A stretch of 64,000 bases of DNA, from assembly GCA_043228905.1 (NCBI GenBank), contig JBHGNT010000011.1, positions 4,712,001 to 4,776,000 of the forward strand, read 5' to 3'. Below the pieces are notes generated by a model. That model did no database searches and was not told the DNA's origin. It saw only the letters and a list, made by a program, of their open reading frames with translations. Shown in pieces: positions 1 to 12,649 of the stretch (position 1 is the first letter of the stretch; the number at the start of each line of letters is the position of its first letter). The translations under genes were made by a program, and so were the position numbers. This DNA comes from Azolla caroliniana. Lineage: Eukaryota > Plantae > Polypodiophyta.

Positions 1-828
1 ATGTTCGAAGTAGAGAACAAAAGGACAGTGCGGGCGAGGCGCAAGAAAGGACACAATCAAAGACCAACCACCTTTGACCCTGCCACATCACTCTTTTCTT
101 CTTGGCACATACCGGAGGATGTGCGGTTTGGTGGGGGTGGATGTTGGGATGTTGCACGTCCAGTGGGAGAAAAAGTGAAAAAGTGTGGTTCCACACACAT
201 TACACAAATACTTGTAAAAATGAAAAGAAATCAATAATAAATAATCCTAGGGCCTAATGGCATTGAGTGCATATAGAGGGGTGCAAGTAAAATTTGAACC
301 TTGCACCTCCAAGATAAGAGACAATTAGCTTACCACTAAAGCTACTACTAAGTGGTTTAGATTTTGTATATTTCCTTGTCATATTCAGTATTCCATAGGA
401 AACAAACGTACAAAACCGTGTGCACAAAACCATGGTTTTGTACATGTCACAAGCATGCAGAGACCTATAAAAGCCTTGAGTTGGGCTTGTGTAAGGGGGG
501 TCAATTTGGAGATCATCATCAACAACAACAACAACAATAATATAATACTCTTCTTATTCTTCTTCTTGACATCTGTTTTCTTCTGAGGTATAAAAATCTT
601 CGATCTTCTCAAGTGTGACATTAGTTTCCTCGACTCCTACATACACATCGTCATCTTTTCAACAATTTCGCGAACGTCCTCCCCGGTCCGAGACCCTGGT
701 GGTCCCGCTCAAGCGAAGCACGCACACACGCGTATCTTCACGACAACGTACGAACCTCCATTTCTGCTTTGTTCTTTCATTAAGATTAAAGCTCGGTTGT
801 GGCCAAGCACTATTCCTATCAATTTCAA

Positions 829-830
<2 letters not shown>

Positions 831-866
<36 letters not shown>
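831..866. repeat. (CT)n microsatellite, left flank of the LINE pair
   Basis: About 18 CT units directly before the 5'-truncated LINE. Confidence 0.95.
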
Positions 867-867
<1 letters not shown>

Positions 868-2017
868 GCACTGTATGAGTCCGACTATACTAGCTCATGG
901 TATGGCATACTTGAGCACTGTATGAGTCCGGCTATACTAGCTCATGGTCCGGCATGATGGTGAGTTGGCTTCTTGCCAACAGTCTAGACATTAATAACCT
1001 CCCCCCCCTTAAGTATGACCACACGACTGATAACACTTTAATCTCTCGTGAGGACTGTAATAAAGTAATACACCAAGAAATATGGCAAATTTATACTCGG
1101 TATAAATGGATCACCCCACTAGAGCCACTCCCATCTAAAATGTTGTACTATAAGGAACACTTTATGCACTTCTCTAAGTTAGGTTTTATCACGCGACCAA
1201 GATATCTAGATGTATTCTTACCACATGCACTAAGGGTTGCCATTGGTCAACTTAGAATATCATCTCACCAACTTGAGATTGAGAATGGACGTACTAATGG
1301 AGTCCCTAGGGAGGAAAGGATATGTAGGTTATGCCACATAGAGATAGAGGATGAGTACCATTTTACATGCAAATACCCCACCCACCTATGCCGTGACAAG
1401 GGCAAAATACCAAGACATACTTGGTTCCTCTCCCACCCTCCCTAAACTATTAGATACACTTGATATAAAGAAATTAGGTAGATACATCTTAGAATTGAAA
1501 CAACACAAAGAGAATAAGTTACAAAACGTTGATAATAATGTTGCTAATGTTTACCAACATGTAACAAATGAAGTTTTTCAGGAACAGGGGGAGACAATGA
1601 ATGTCGACACACCTGCACCACTTGGGCTTTTCCTTGATGAAGCAGAAAATCAAAGAAGAACCAAACGCCCTTGGATGCCGGGTTTCAAAGCAACTCGACG
1701 AGATGTAGAAGCAATAAAGAAAATAAGGGAACGTGAACTACACTGCCTAGAAGCCATGGCTAGGGCACTCTATGCATCGGGACCATGGGTCACACCCACA
1801 CCAAAAACTTTTGACCTCCCACTTCTTTTTGAGAGACTTGGGTGGAAATGAGATTACGCTTAGTGCAAAGTTTTGTACACTACTAGAACTCTCTTAGCTT
1901 AAGCTATTTTCTTTTATTTTAGTTTTGATGATTGGATAAACACTCATTTTTGTTGTGAACCAATTGTCTCATGGGCCAAATTTGGCCTTAAAAGACGTTA
2001 ATATATCTTTCTTTACT

Positions 2018-2048
<31 letters not shown>
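867..2048 (+). mobile_element. 5'-truncated LINE (ORF2 C-terminus, 3' UTR and CT tail)
   Basis: ORF 954-1445 has LRISSHQLEIENGR...ERICRLC..IEDEYHF, the C-terminal Cys/His domain of RTEX/L2-type ORF2. It is frameshifted into 1351-1851 and ends in a hairpin plus (CT)n tail at about 2022-2048. Confidence 0.8.
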
Positions 2049-2206
2049 AGCCATTACTTCGTCATACGAGGTCCGATTTTGACAAGCTATAGCTTGAATC
2101 AAAGCTCACAACAGGGTCTATGATACGATTTAAGAAGATTAAATTTGTAGTAAATGAAAGCTAACAGGTTTTAGAGGTATCCTTCTCTTTGGGTTTGGTC
2201 CTACAA

Positions 2207-3079
2207 ATGGCAAACACTCGTAAAGCGGCCAAAAGTTCAGGAGTTGAGCCAAGATCACCAATGATTCATGATGCCAATGCAATAAACTCAGTAGCAATGG
2301 AAAAAATACTTCTGAGTTACTTGATTTCTCTTCACGATATCATAAACAAGCAAGGTGAAGAGATTAGAACACTAATGAAAGAGAATGCTAAGCTCCAAAT
2401 TGTTGTCATTGAGAATGAAAGTCTTAAAGAAAATGGTTGTGAAATGTGAAGATGAGATCAAGAATGTAAGGAATCTTCTTTTGAAATAATTGAGCGCCTT
2501 CACAAGATTGAGTTAAAGCAAACATTAAAAGAAGAGAAATTGGACACGATGAGGCAGGATGTAAGTGAAATGAAAAATGTATGCACAACGAAGTCATGGG
2601 CTGATGTATGTAGTGGGGATGTGGTATCAAACTCATATGCTATGCATGTGATAAATCAAGAAAAGAATATAGAAAGCATAGATATCCTAAAATTGAAAGA
2701 ACATGAACGAAGATCAAAGAACATTGTCATCCCGGGGATTAAAGAGGAGAATGTGGAAACACTCGCATCCTTCAAAAAGACAGTTGGTGAATTCTTTAGC
2801 ATGCATTATGATATGTTGAATGTTAATGTATATGGGGCACACTGAGTTGGGAAACATGGTGTTACTTGCTCCGGAGAAAGCCCTATTGTATGCACAATGA
2901 CAGATGATACAAATCAGAGGATCATACTTGAAAATAGTTGGGTATACCTCAAAGGTACGCAATGCTTTGTGAATGAAGATCGTACTATCTCACAACAAAA
3001 TTCCCTTCGCAAAGCATATGAAGAAAAATTGAAAAATAAGGTTAAGGATGCGCCTAAAGATGGAAATGTAGGCACATAG
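2207..3079 (+). pseudogene. LINE ORF1 (coiled coil plus RRM-like domain)
   Basis: Coiled-coil segment, then ERRSKNIVIPGIKE...RVGK...RPIV...LKGTQCFVNEDRT typical of LINE ORF1; broken by stops/frameshifts. Confidence 0.8.
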
Positions 3080-3086
3080 GGACACA

Positions 3087-6000
3087 TGACCTATGAGACT
3101 AAACCACATGTTATGGATACCCATGGAATGTGGGATTTGGAATAGAGGAGCTCACCGAAGACTCGTATATCACACTCCTTGTTGAAACATGGGAGCACGA
3201 TACTCAAACGATTCAAGGTTTAAGAAACTATAATGTACACTCTTTGATATGGGAGAAAAATTCAAGACAAAGAAGAGGACAAGGAGGGGTCGCATGTTTG
3301 ATTAAGAAGGAAATAGACATATATGTGTTGATCATAAAAAATGAAGAACATAAATGCTACATATGGTTCAAAATAGAAACACCTAATAATTTGCCCACTT
3401 TTGTAGTTGGATGTTACATTCCTCATCAAGATTCTAACTTTTATGCTTGTTTGGATAAAGATAAACCTTTTGTCAATCTAGAAGATGATATTGTTTATTT
3501 TAAATCCAAAGTGGAAGTTATTGTATTTGGTGACATGAATACTCATACAAGGAGTTTCCAACTTGATGCACAAGAATCTTTCAAGCCACATATCTCAAGG
3601 ATGCAAGAGGATATGCAAATGTATAGACAATCTTCTAGCGATGAAAAATATCCGGACCAATTTGGGAAGTTACTCCTACAAATGTGCAATAATACCATAT
3701 TGAGTATTGAAAATGGTGTTTCCTTATGGCCCAATGCTAATGGTTTTACATGTATAAAACACAACGGAAATAGTCTGATTGACTATGTGCTACTATCCAA
3801 AGGTATTTTGGATCGTATGTACATAAATTCTTACTTGGTGAATGGACACTAGAATCCGATCATAGGGCTTTATGTATTGACCTCAAATGTATGCATAGGT
3901 TTGATTGTGAGAAGGCCATTGAAGATAATAATAATAACCGCACTTGAGCATGAGCCTTAAGAGAGCGCCCATGTATTCCAAGGTAGTTGAGGATATGTTA
4001 CAAATGACAAAGATACAACATGGTGCTACACGAGAATGCAAATGGGAAGCTTTTAAGAAAGTCATTCTCTCATCTACAAACAAATGTTTTTCGACCCAGA
4101 ACACATCTTGGAAATGCTCCAAGAAATGTAGTTCAAAGAAAAAATGGTTTGATAAAGAATGTTGTGAAGCTCGAAAGTGGCTTATGGCTTTGGATGTAGT
4201 TAAGGATAAAGAAAATTACCAAAAGCATGTGCATGAGTATAAAAGGCTTATTAAAAGAAAGAGAAGAATATGGGAAGTTACTCAACAATTTTTACAAACG
4301 CAAGAGAAAGCACATGCATGTGTTAAATTCTAGGGAAATCTAAAGGAGAAACATGTTAAGAGTTATGGTGAATTTACTCTTCATGACGTGTCTATGCATT
4401 GTAAGAATTTATACGAGCTATCTCTTGCCGGAAAGATGATGTGTTATGGTTCTCGTTCACATAATTGAAGATATATGCTTAGGACTTAAGAAATTGGTCT
4501 CTCGAAAGGCAAGAGATCTTCAATGTATAAAGGCGGAAATACTCAAATGGACGGGAAAGGAAGCACATGTATGGATAAGTGATATGTTTAATGATGCATT
4601 GCCACATGGTATGTCGTATGATTGGACTACAAATTGGATCCAACCTTTACATAAAGGTGGAGATGTAAATAATGTAAACAACTATCGAACCATCATGGTT
4701 GGCTTGTTAATGACAAAACTACTTGGATGTATAATGGAATCAAAGATAAGTGCATGGGCTGAAAAAAATGGTAAGTTGGCTTTTGAAAACACTATAACAC
4801 CATTGATCACCTTGACACCTTTTGAGTATTTATGGAGGAAAGTCGCCTTAGAGGTAAATGTTTATATTGTTGCTTTGTAGACTTCAAGAAAACTTTTGAT
4901 ATGGTACCCCATGAGCATCTTTGGAGGCGAATGGAAGAACTCGAGGTGCCAAGTGAATATATGGTTGTAATTTCCCGAATATATGAGAAGGTTATATGTT
5001 GTGTGCGTATGAGAGATAGACTTTGAGAGTTTTTCAATAACACTATTGGTGTTAAGCAAGGATGCCCACTCTCACCAACACTATTTGTTCTATTTATGGA
5101 GGAAAGTCGCCTTAGAGGTAAATGTTTATATTGTTGCTTTGTAGACTTCAAGAAAACTTTTGATATGGTACCCCATGAGCATCTTTGGAGGCGAATGGAA
5201 GAACTCGAGGTGCCAAGTGAATATATGGTTGTAATTTCCCGAATATATGAGAAGGTTATATGTTGTGTGCGTATGAGAGATAGACTTTGAGAGTTTTTCA
5301 ATAACACTATTGGTGTTAAGCAAGGATGCCCACTCTCACCAACACTATTTGTTCTATGCATTGATGAATTGGAAGAAATGGTTGCAAAGTTTGTAATGGA
5401 ACAATCGGTTAAAGAAGTTGCAATTAGGAATGTTGTCATTATGCTTTTGCTATATGTGGATGATGTAGTGTTTTTTGCAAATACTTTAGGAGATGCACAA
5501 AAACTTATGAATGCATTTGAAAAAAAATTCATGCATACTAAATTAAGTGTTAATAGCTCTAAAACAAAGATTATACTTGTGCAGAGCCAAAAAAGAGATA
5601 GCATTATGTACGATAATGAGCGACTTGAATGTGTGAAAAGCTTCAAATATCTTGGCCTTGAAGTTCCTTCAAATCATAAATTGAATGAATGTGCTACACG
5701 CCGCTTAAAGGTGGGTAATTGAACATACTATGCATTTCAAAACACATGTAATCATGGAGACATTAAGTGTTGGGTCCTCAAGAAATATCTTTTCGACACT
5801 TTGGTGACACTAGTGCTTCTCTATAGGGTGGAAGTATGGGGTGGTAACATCCCTAAAGCTACATGGGTCCAAAAACATTTTCTTACAAAGTTTCTAAAAG
5901 TTAAGAAACAAAACACCCTACACCCTCCTCCTCCTAGAGACCGTGTCCATGGAAAGGGTTATTAAATACATGCTTAAGGTTCAAAAAATTCCCCCACATT

Positions 6001-6635
6001 GACTTCCTAGAATTGCACGGGAAGCAAGCAAACAAATCCAAAAGACACATAAAAGAAACATTATATGTTCTAGTTGGATTCAAGATATGGAAGAATGGTT
6101 TGGTAAATGGGATGCAACTCACTTGCTTCATGATGCATCACTAGATTCCTTTGTAAAGGAGGCCTTTTTGCAACACCAATGTATCATGACATGGGACAAA
6201 TATGGAGGCTCACGCTTCACACATTATACTTCACATGTTTCACCTAGCTAGAAAACCATATTCTTCATAGAACGGGGAAACCGTACACATCGATACATGT
6301 TAGAGCCCATCCCATTATCTCCAATTCAAACCATTGCTTCCATGAGAGTTATCTCACATGCATTGCGATGTGACATGGGGCGTCAGGGCATAAACGATGA
6401 GAGTGGTATGCTATGCATAGTTTTCCATAAGCAAGTTCGAGAGTTTGAGTATCACACTTTGATACAATGGTTTGCCTTTGACCATATTCGACCATGCTTT
6501 CCACATATCTTCAACCAAGCCCAATCGTTGCACGAATTTCTCTCACAACCACAATGTGCAGACTCAATTGCAACATTCATTGATAAAGTTTTTGAACATC
6601 GAGAGTCGTTACTCACTTTCACACATATCACGTGA
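3087..6635 (+). pseudogene. LINE ORF2 (apurinic endonuclease and reverse transcriptase)
   Basis: APE motifs LVETW, GQGGVA, GCYIP, FGDMN, SLIDY, SDH. RT motifs KGGD..NYRTI, FVDFKKTFD, GVKQGCPLSP, LLYVDD, FKYLG. Many stops/frameshifts. Confidence 0.9.
4827..5354 (+). repeat. 264-bp tandem duplication inside the LINE RT
   Basis: 4827-5090 repeats at 5091-5354; identical 64-aa ORFs at 4832 and 5096. Confidence 0.95.
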
Positions 6636-7189
6636 AATGTAATATTTTTGGTCTCATAGGTCATATTTGACCTCGAAAGATGATAAAAGAATCTTTATCT
6701 CTCTCTCTCTCTCGTCTTCGAAGGTCAAGAGAGAGAAAGAGATAGAGACACAAATTTGAGGGGAAATTTTTTCTATTTCATTCATGCCCCATGGGTGGGG
6801 TTATATAGGTGCATGAGGGTTACAATTCAAGAAAATACAAGGAGACATAGGCTGTAACCAGTTTTCATTGTCCTGCATCACAAGATCCTGTGGAAATGCT
6901 TCATCATGAAGCCATATCTTATTTTGACAATATCAAATATCGGAGGATCATTTATCTCCAAAATCTTGTACTTTGGAATTTGTTGTTCTTCAACACCTAT
7001 TACAATTGTTGCATTTGTAAACAGCAAACCTACCAATATATGGATGCACTTAGAATTCCTTCATCTCCACAACCCCTCAACAATCCGCTTTATCACAAGA
7101 AGAGAATAATCCATGAACAGTCTATTTTATCACAACTTTCATATTTTCACATTAGCCATGTTGACTTTGACTTTATCATAACCTCAAAA

Positions 7190-8290
7190 AACATGCTTCG
7201 ACCCCCACACCATCTTCACTCATCCTTATCCAACAAAAAAATCTTCTTTAAGTCCGCATCAACCATCTCGCCGATTATCACCACTTTCCTATACAAATAA
7301 CAAACAAAATAAATCTATAGTGTTTCCTCATCCCCTCATGATCTGCTTCAATCCCCGCACCATCATCACTCATCCTCTCCTCATGTCAATATTCATTATT
7401 CATATGATCCAATCCCTACCACCACATCAACATTGCTCATCCTAATGATGAAGATAAATCTTCTTCATTCAAAAGCTCGAGCTCGCCAACTCACCGATTT
7501 CCATCAACATCCTATATAGACAATAGAAATTTAGTGTAAACAGTTTCCTCACGTACTCATGATAATCTGCTTCAACCCTGACACCATCTTCACTCATTCT
7601 TATCCCTCAAAAGAATTTGCTTCTTAAGTCCACATCAACCATCTTGCCATCTCACCAATTTCCATCAACATCATGTATAGACAACAAAAATTTATTGTAA
7701 ACTATTTCCTGACCTACTCATGATAATCTGCTTCAACCCCCACACCATCTTCAATCATCCTTATCCCTCAAAAGAATTGGCTTCTTAATTCCACATCAAC
7801 CATCTCACCAATTACCACTAAGTTCCTGTACAAATAACACCACAATGAGTATAGAATGTTTTCTCATCCCCTCATATATTTGCTTCAACCTCCACACCAT
7901 CAACACTCATCCTCTTATCATGGCAATATGTTATAAGGAAAAATAGCTAAGTGACAAAAACAACAACTACATCCTATTTGTTATAATCCCTAAGAACCTC
8001 AAATCTTCTTCATTCCGTCCACATCAACATCTCACCCGACCAACTTGCCATGTCGCCGACTACCACAGACATCCTGTATGTACTGCAAAAACAATGAGTC
8101 TAAAAACATTCCTCTCGTTATGACAATCTGCTTCAGCCCCCACAACAAAATCACTTATCATGACAAAAACAACATCACTCATCTATGTTATGTCATGGCT
8201 CATCTATGGCCACCACCATCTTCGCAACCAAAATCCTTGACCAACCATCTCATTGAATCCAACAATCTACTTCCACAAACAGAGCAAATC
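7190..8290. repeat. Degenerate C/A-rich minisatellite (about 150-250 bp period)
   Basis: TGCTTCAACCC(C)ACACCATC...CACTCATCC recurs near 7194, 7343, 7568, 7729, 7881 and 8129. Confidence 0.65.
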
Positions 8291-8381
8291 ACCTATCCCT
8301 CAACCACGTCCTCCATCTTGACTCATGTTGTCTACACTATGAACGACGTTGGTGGTGGAAACAACCAACGAGGTGGAACAT

Positions 8382-9278
8382 TGTCGTAGTGTAATTCGCA
8401 CACTACGTGAAATTTGCATTTTTGTTCCTCTGGATGGGACAAGGAGGAACCGCTAAGGACAACCGGTGAGAACCGGATGAAGGAGGAACCGGTAAGGAGG
8501 ACTTGGTAAGGAGAACCGGATGAAGGAGGAACCGGCAAGGAGGACCCAGTAAGAACCGGATCAAGTAGAACCGTCAAGAGACGGATAAAGAAGGCTGGTG
8601 AGAGTCTCACCGGATGAAGAGACAAATTTATAAATAGAAGAAAAGATTGTTACATGCATAGGGAAAGATTCGAACCCTGTACCTCCACGTAGACAGACCC
8701 CAACCTTACCACTGTACTAACTTATCCTAAGTATTCTAAATATAGATTTAATATATATAAGACCTTTATTTATGCCTACCTTTATTAAAAGGTAAGTCAT
8801 GCATTTTTAGAATGCGTGAATATTTTATTTATAAGAAAAATGTACACCAATAAAAAATTACTCATGCACATCTAGCGAGCATGAGCACTATATTTAGGAA
8901 ATAAAAGCATAGTGTGAAAGGCAACTCATGCACATTTAGTGTGCATGAACACTTTAGGAAAAGCACGAAGCTATGCTTAGCCTCTTCCATCCTTATATAA
9001 GGAGGAGATAAAGATGTATGATGTTGTTGATTATTTTTCAAGGATTGATCAATCTAATATATTCGTGGGATTCACGAGTTTATCATAAAAATTCTATTTC
9101 TTACAATCTAAATATTGATTAAATACACTAAACACGTGGTATTCATAAGTTTTTATTTCTTACTTCTCTTTCTACCTATTCATAACTAGCCTTATATTGT
9201 ATTCTCCTTTCTCCTAGTCCAAAACCTCAGTGGTTCCCACCCGACTCACACAACGATTCGGAGCCGAAAGGCATGACA
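8382..9278 (+). repeat. 5' LTR of the Trp-primed gypsy family
   Basis: TGTCGTAG...GCATGACA; homologous LTRs at 13219 and 54530; extra GAACCGG-type repeats at about 8445-8620. Confidence 0.9.
8655..8726 (-). promoter_or_regulatory. tRNA-like Pol III A/B-box cassette within the LTR
   Basis: Minus strand TAGTACAGTGGTA...GGTTCGAATC at tRNA spacing; also at 13317-13388 and 54631-54702. Confidence 0.65.
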
Positions 9279-9282
9279 CAAG

Positions 9283-9300
9283 TGGTGAACCCGACGTGAA
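9283..9300 (+). promoter_or_regulatory. Primer-binding site, tRNA-Trp
   Basis: TGGTGAACCCGACGTGAA is complementary to the plant tRNA-Trp 3' end as I recall it (TTCACGTCGGGTTCACCA); repeated at 13977-13994. Confidence 0.85.
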
Positions 9301-9316
9301 ATCGGGTGGCAAGGAG

Positions 9317-11542
9317 ATGGAAATTCAACCAGAGGCTAACAACATGATGGCGATGTTCGAGCAGATCCTACAAGAACGACGCGCGATGTCAGAGATTGCG
9401 GCGGCAGTAGAGCGGCTCGTGCAACGGAACGGGCAATTCAATGGGAAAGACGTGTCGCGATATTTGCGAGATTACAAGGCGGAAATTCTACAGTGTGGGA
9501 TTTCGGAAGGACTGCAAGTGACATCCTTCAACCGGGTGGTGACCGATGGGCTTCATGGGAGTATCCACAGGATATGGCAGCAAAATCTGACGTGGGAGGC
9601 ATTTGAAGAGGCGCTAAAGACCACGTTCGCCATCGAGGACTCCTCCAAGCTATTCTCACACCAGACAAAGTGATCATGTTCCTACGAGCCCTGGACATCC
9701 GGGATCGGAAAGATCTTGGAGTGCTTTTGGAGGACACGACCACTGAGAGTGGCCTCACCAAAACATGGGAAAGCGTGTGGGATATCGTTGCGCGATACAT
9801 GAAGAGGGGGCAATGGCTTGCTAGCGAAGAAAAGAGGTTTTCAGAACTGATTCCGAAACCGAGATCCGGATTGGAAGACCATGAACCGAGGGCTCGGGAG
9901 ACTATGACCGAGAAGGGAATCGATGCAACCACGGTGGAGCAATTGCTGAGAGAAATGGAGAATCTGAAAATCGTGATGGTAAAGAAGTTGGATGACCGTC
10001 CCAAAAGCTCCAAGTATATGGACCGTTAGTGCATATGGTACGATAGCACCGAACATGATCGGAGGGATTGAGACGGGCATAAGGAGGCGTTACGACGGGA
10101 TCTTATCTACTATGAGGGAAATCGGATCCATTCGATGGACTCTCGGAAGCCACTCCGACCGAACTTCCGGAAAGGCGGCATGAAGCAGGTCCTTGAGGAG
10201 GAAATAGCAGCGCAAAGCAATTATGCGACAACTGCGGGAATACGTGTCGGCGAGTCATTAGGAGCAAAGGCGTCTTTTTGGCCAGAAGTGCTAGAAAACC
10301 CTGAGAAAACCGATTCCAATGATATCCGAAGCACCGCAGAAGGCATCCGAGAAGCTACGGGATGGGAGTGCCCCATTAATAAGAATAGTTTACATTCCCT
10401 ATGCCTATTGCATGAGGTGTATGTAGACGAGAAATGACGGCGCACGGATGATGCGGCCGGACCATCAAAGACACCAGAAAGTTGGAACTCCGGAGGGAAG
10501 GGGAAAGAAAAGATGATTCTGGCATTCAAACTCGCCTCGGACATCGAACAACAAACGGACTTGAAAAAAGTGTTCGAGGAGAGAATCCTTGATAGCCGGG
10601 TGGAATTTTCGCTTCGGGAATTACTCAGAATAGCGAAGAAGGAGTTCCATGATCTTCTTGTGGATCTCGTGAAGAGAAAATGACAAAGTACGGTGGAGAA
10701 CGCTCCAAGGATAAATGCGAACATGGTTTTAATGAATGACACCGAAGTGGTGGACGAAATTCCGAACTCCCACTACACAAGGCCACACTGGGCACGTGCA
10801 ACTACCGAGACTCTTGTCCGAATCGGCAACATCAAAGAGCCCGTGCTAGCATTGATTGATCACGGATTGGAGATCAATTTGATGTCCAAGGGGTTCTACC
10901 AGAAGGGGAAGTGGCCTATAAACAGTAACCATGGATGGAAGATCCGGTTAGCCACTAAAGCAACGGAAGATCTATTTGTGGCTTGTCTGGATGTGACGGT
11001 GAAGATCGGGGATGTCGAGATCGACCAAAATTTCTTCGTACAAGATGAGGTCTCACATTTCGTGATCCTCAGGCTACCCTTTATCACGACTTCACGGATG
11101 GAGACAAAGGTGCTCGATAGCAGTGCGGCTTTTGCACGAATTCGAAGCCAAGCGGAGGGAAATCCGTCCAATTCCTAACTGTGCCGGCAAATCATGAAAG
11201 GAACAAGAGAGAGCTCTTGTCCCAAACAAGGATGGATTTTCAGAGAGAACTGTTGCGAAGTGGGGAAGTGATAGTCCGAGAAGCCCTGATACCCTACACA
11301 GGAAGAAAACTCTCAGAGCAAAACAAGTACGACTCGGTCCGGATGGGGCATCTACATACATGGCCGTAACTGGAGGAAAGAAGAAAGAATACCGAAAAGT
11401 GGAGGATAAGTTGCGGTCTGCATCAATAATAAAAGAAGATGAAGAAATCGTGGGGGTAGTCGAAGAAGTGTTCTATGGGAGCACGCTACAACGGCCTGGA
11501 GAGCTTGTGGAGGATAAAAGCCAAGGAGACCGGGTAGTCCCG
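9317..11542 (+). pseudogene. gypsy gag and aspartic protease
   Basis: FNGKDVSRYL gag start; ALIDHGLEINLM degenerate protease site; multiple stops/frameshifts. Confidence 0.8.
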
Positions 11543-12063
11543 GGGTCGAAGCATGCTACGGTGTACCAGAAAAGTACTGTTTTTTGCCACAAAAATTGTC
11601 AGTACTTTCAATACTGTTAGTACTGAATAATTCAGAAAAAAAATTAGAGAAAAAGAAAATTGATTTTGGAGAGTGGGGTGACTGTAGTACAAGTGTCATT
11701 TACTATAGAAGGAGTGGGGGGAACACGGGAGGAGATGTTCTTCCATTTTGGGGGCTATTTTCCCCTCACGTCGATTTTGGCGCTTCCCCTCATACTGTTC
11801 TTCCTCTATCGCTCTGAGCTTTTCATCACAGACATCCATGTCACGTTTCTGATTTTCCTTCAATCTAAATCTCAGACATCCATGTCTGGTTGGAGAGTTT
11901 GAGTTGAGGATTTCTGATTTTTTTAGGGTTTCTGTTTTTGTTAGGTTTCGGTTGAGGTACAGAGACTGTTCTGAGGGTTTAGGTAGCAGCCAATAGTCAC
12001 TTCTTCGACAACGACTTTCGTACTTCCACCGATTGCAGTTGATGTCGTGGTGATTTGGGGCTT

Positions 12064-12260
12064 TTTCCACCAAATCGAGGCGGCATTGGAGGTTCCTTCC
12101 ACCAAATCAAGGCGGCATATCCAACGCTCCCTCCACCATTGGAGGTTCCTTCCACCAAATCGAGGCTGCATATCCACGCTCCCTCCACCATTGGAGGTTC
12201 CTTCCACCAAATCGAGGCGGCATATCCAACGCTCCCTCCACCATTGGAGGTTCCTTCCAT
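12064..12260. repeat. About 55-bp subterminal tandem repeat (3-4 copies)
   Basis: TTCCACCAAATCGAGGCGGCATATCCAACGCTCCCTCCACCATTGGAGGTTCC repeated. Confidence 0.9.
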
Positions 12261-12649
12261 CCATTTTTTTATTTTCAGTACTAAAATGTTTCATTTCTTC
12301 ATATTTCAGTACTAAATTTTTAGAATTGACATTTGCCATATTTGATATGTAATTCTAATGTTTGAAACAAAATATTTCTCACTTTGCAGGCCACATTTAA
12401 AAACATTTGATTGTGTTTTCTTGGTTGAGTCTATATATCCACGCTCCCTCCACCATTGGAGGTTCCTTCCATCCATTTTTTTTATTTTCAGTACTAAAAT
12501 GTTTCATTTCTTCATATTTCAGTACTAAATTTTTAGAATTGACATTTGTCATATTTGATATGTAATTCTAATGTTTGAAACAAAATATTTCTCACTTTGC
12601 AGGCCACATTTAAAAACATTTGATTGTGTTTTCTTGGTTGAGTCTATAT
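12225..12649. repeat. About 212-bp direct duplication upstream of the transposase
   Basis: About 12225-12437 repeats at 12438-12649, both ending TTGGTTGAGTCTATATA. Confidence 0.9.

Larger units (their letters stand above)
2049..6712 (+). mobile_element. Near full-length degenerate LINE (ORF1, APE, RT, C-terminal Cys/His domain), RTEX/L2-like
   Basis: ORF1, APE, RT and C-terminal motifs in order; ends in (CT)n at about 6699-6712. Confidence 0.9.

Noticed and set aside
1-830. Possible LTR or gene (TATA-like CTATAAAAG near 465, short ORFs)
   Set aside because: No termini, second copy or recognisable protein motif in the window.
868-960. Duplicated CTGTATGAGTCC resembling a hammerhead ribozyme core
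   Set aside because: It is not CTGATGA and no GAAA core follows; it is a 47-bp duplication at the LINE 5' truncation junction.
4807-5646. 279-aa antisense ORF and many other short antisense ORFs
   Set aside because: Shadow frames of TE coding regions or repeats with no independent motifs.
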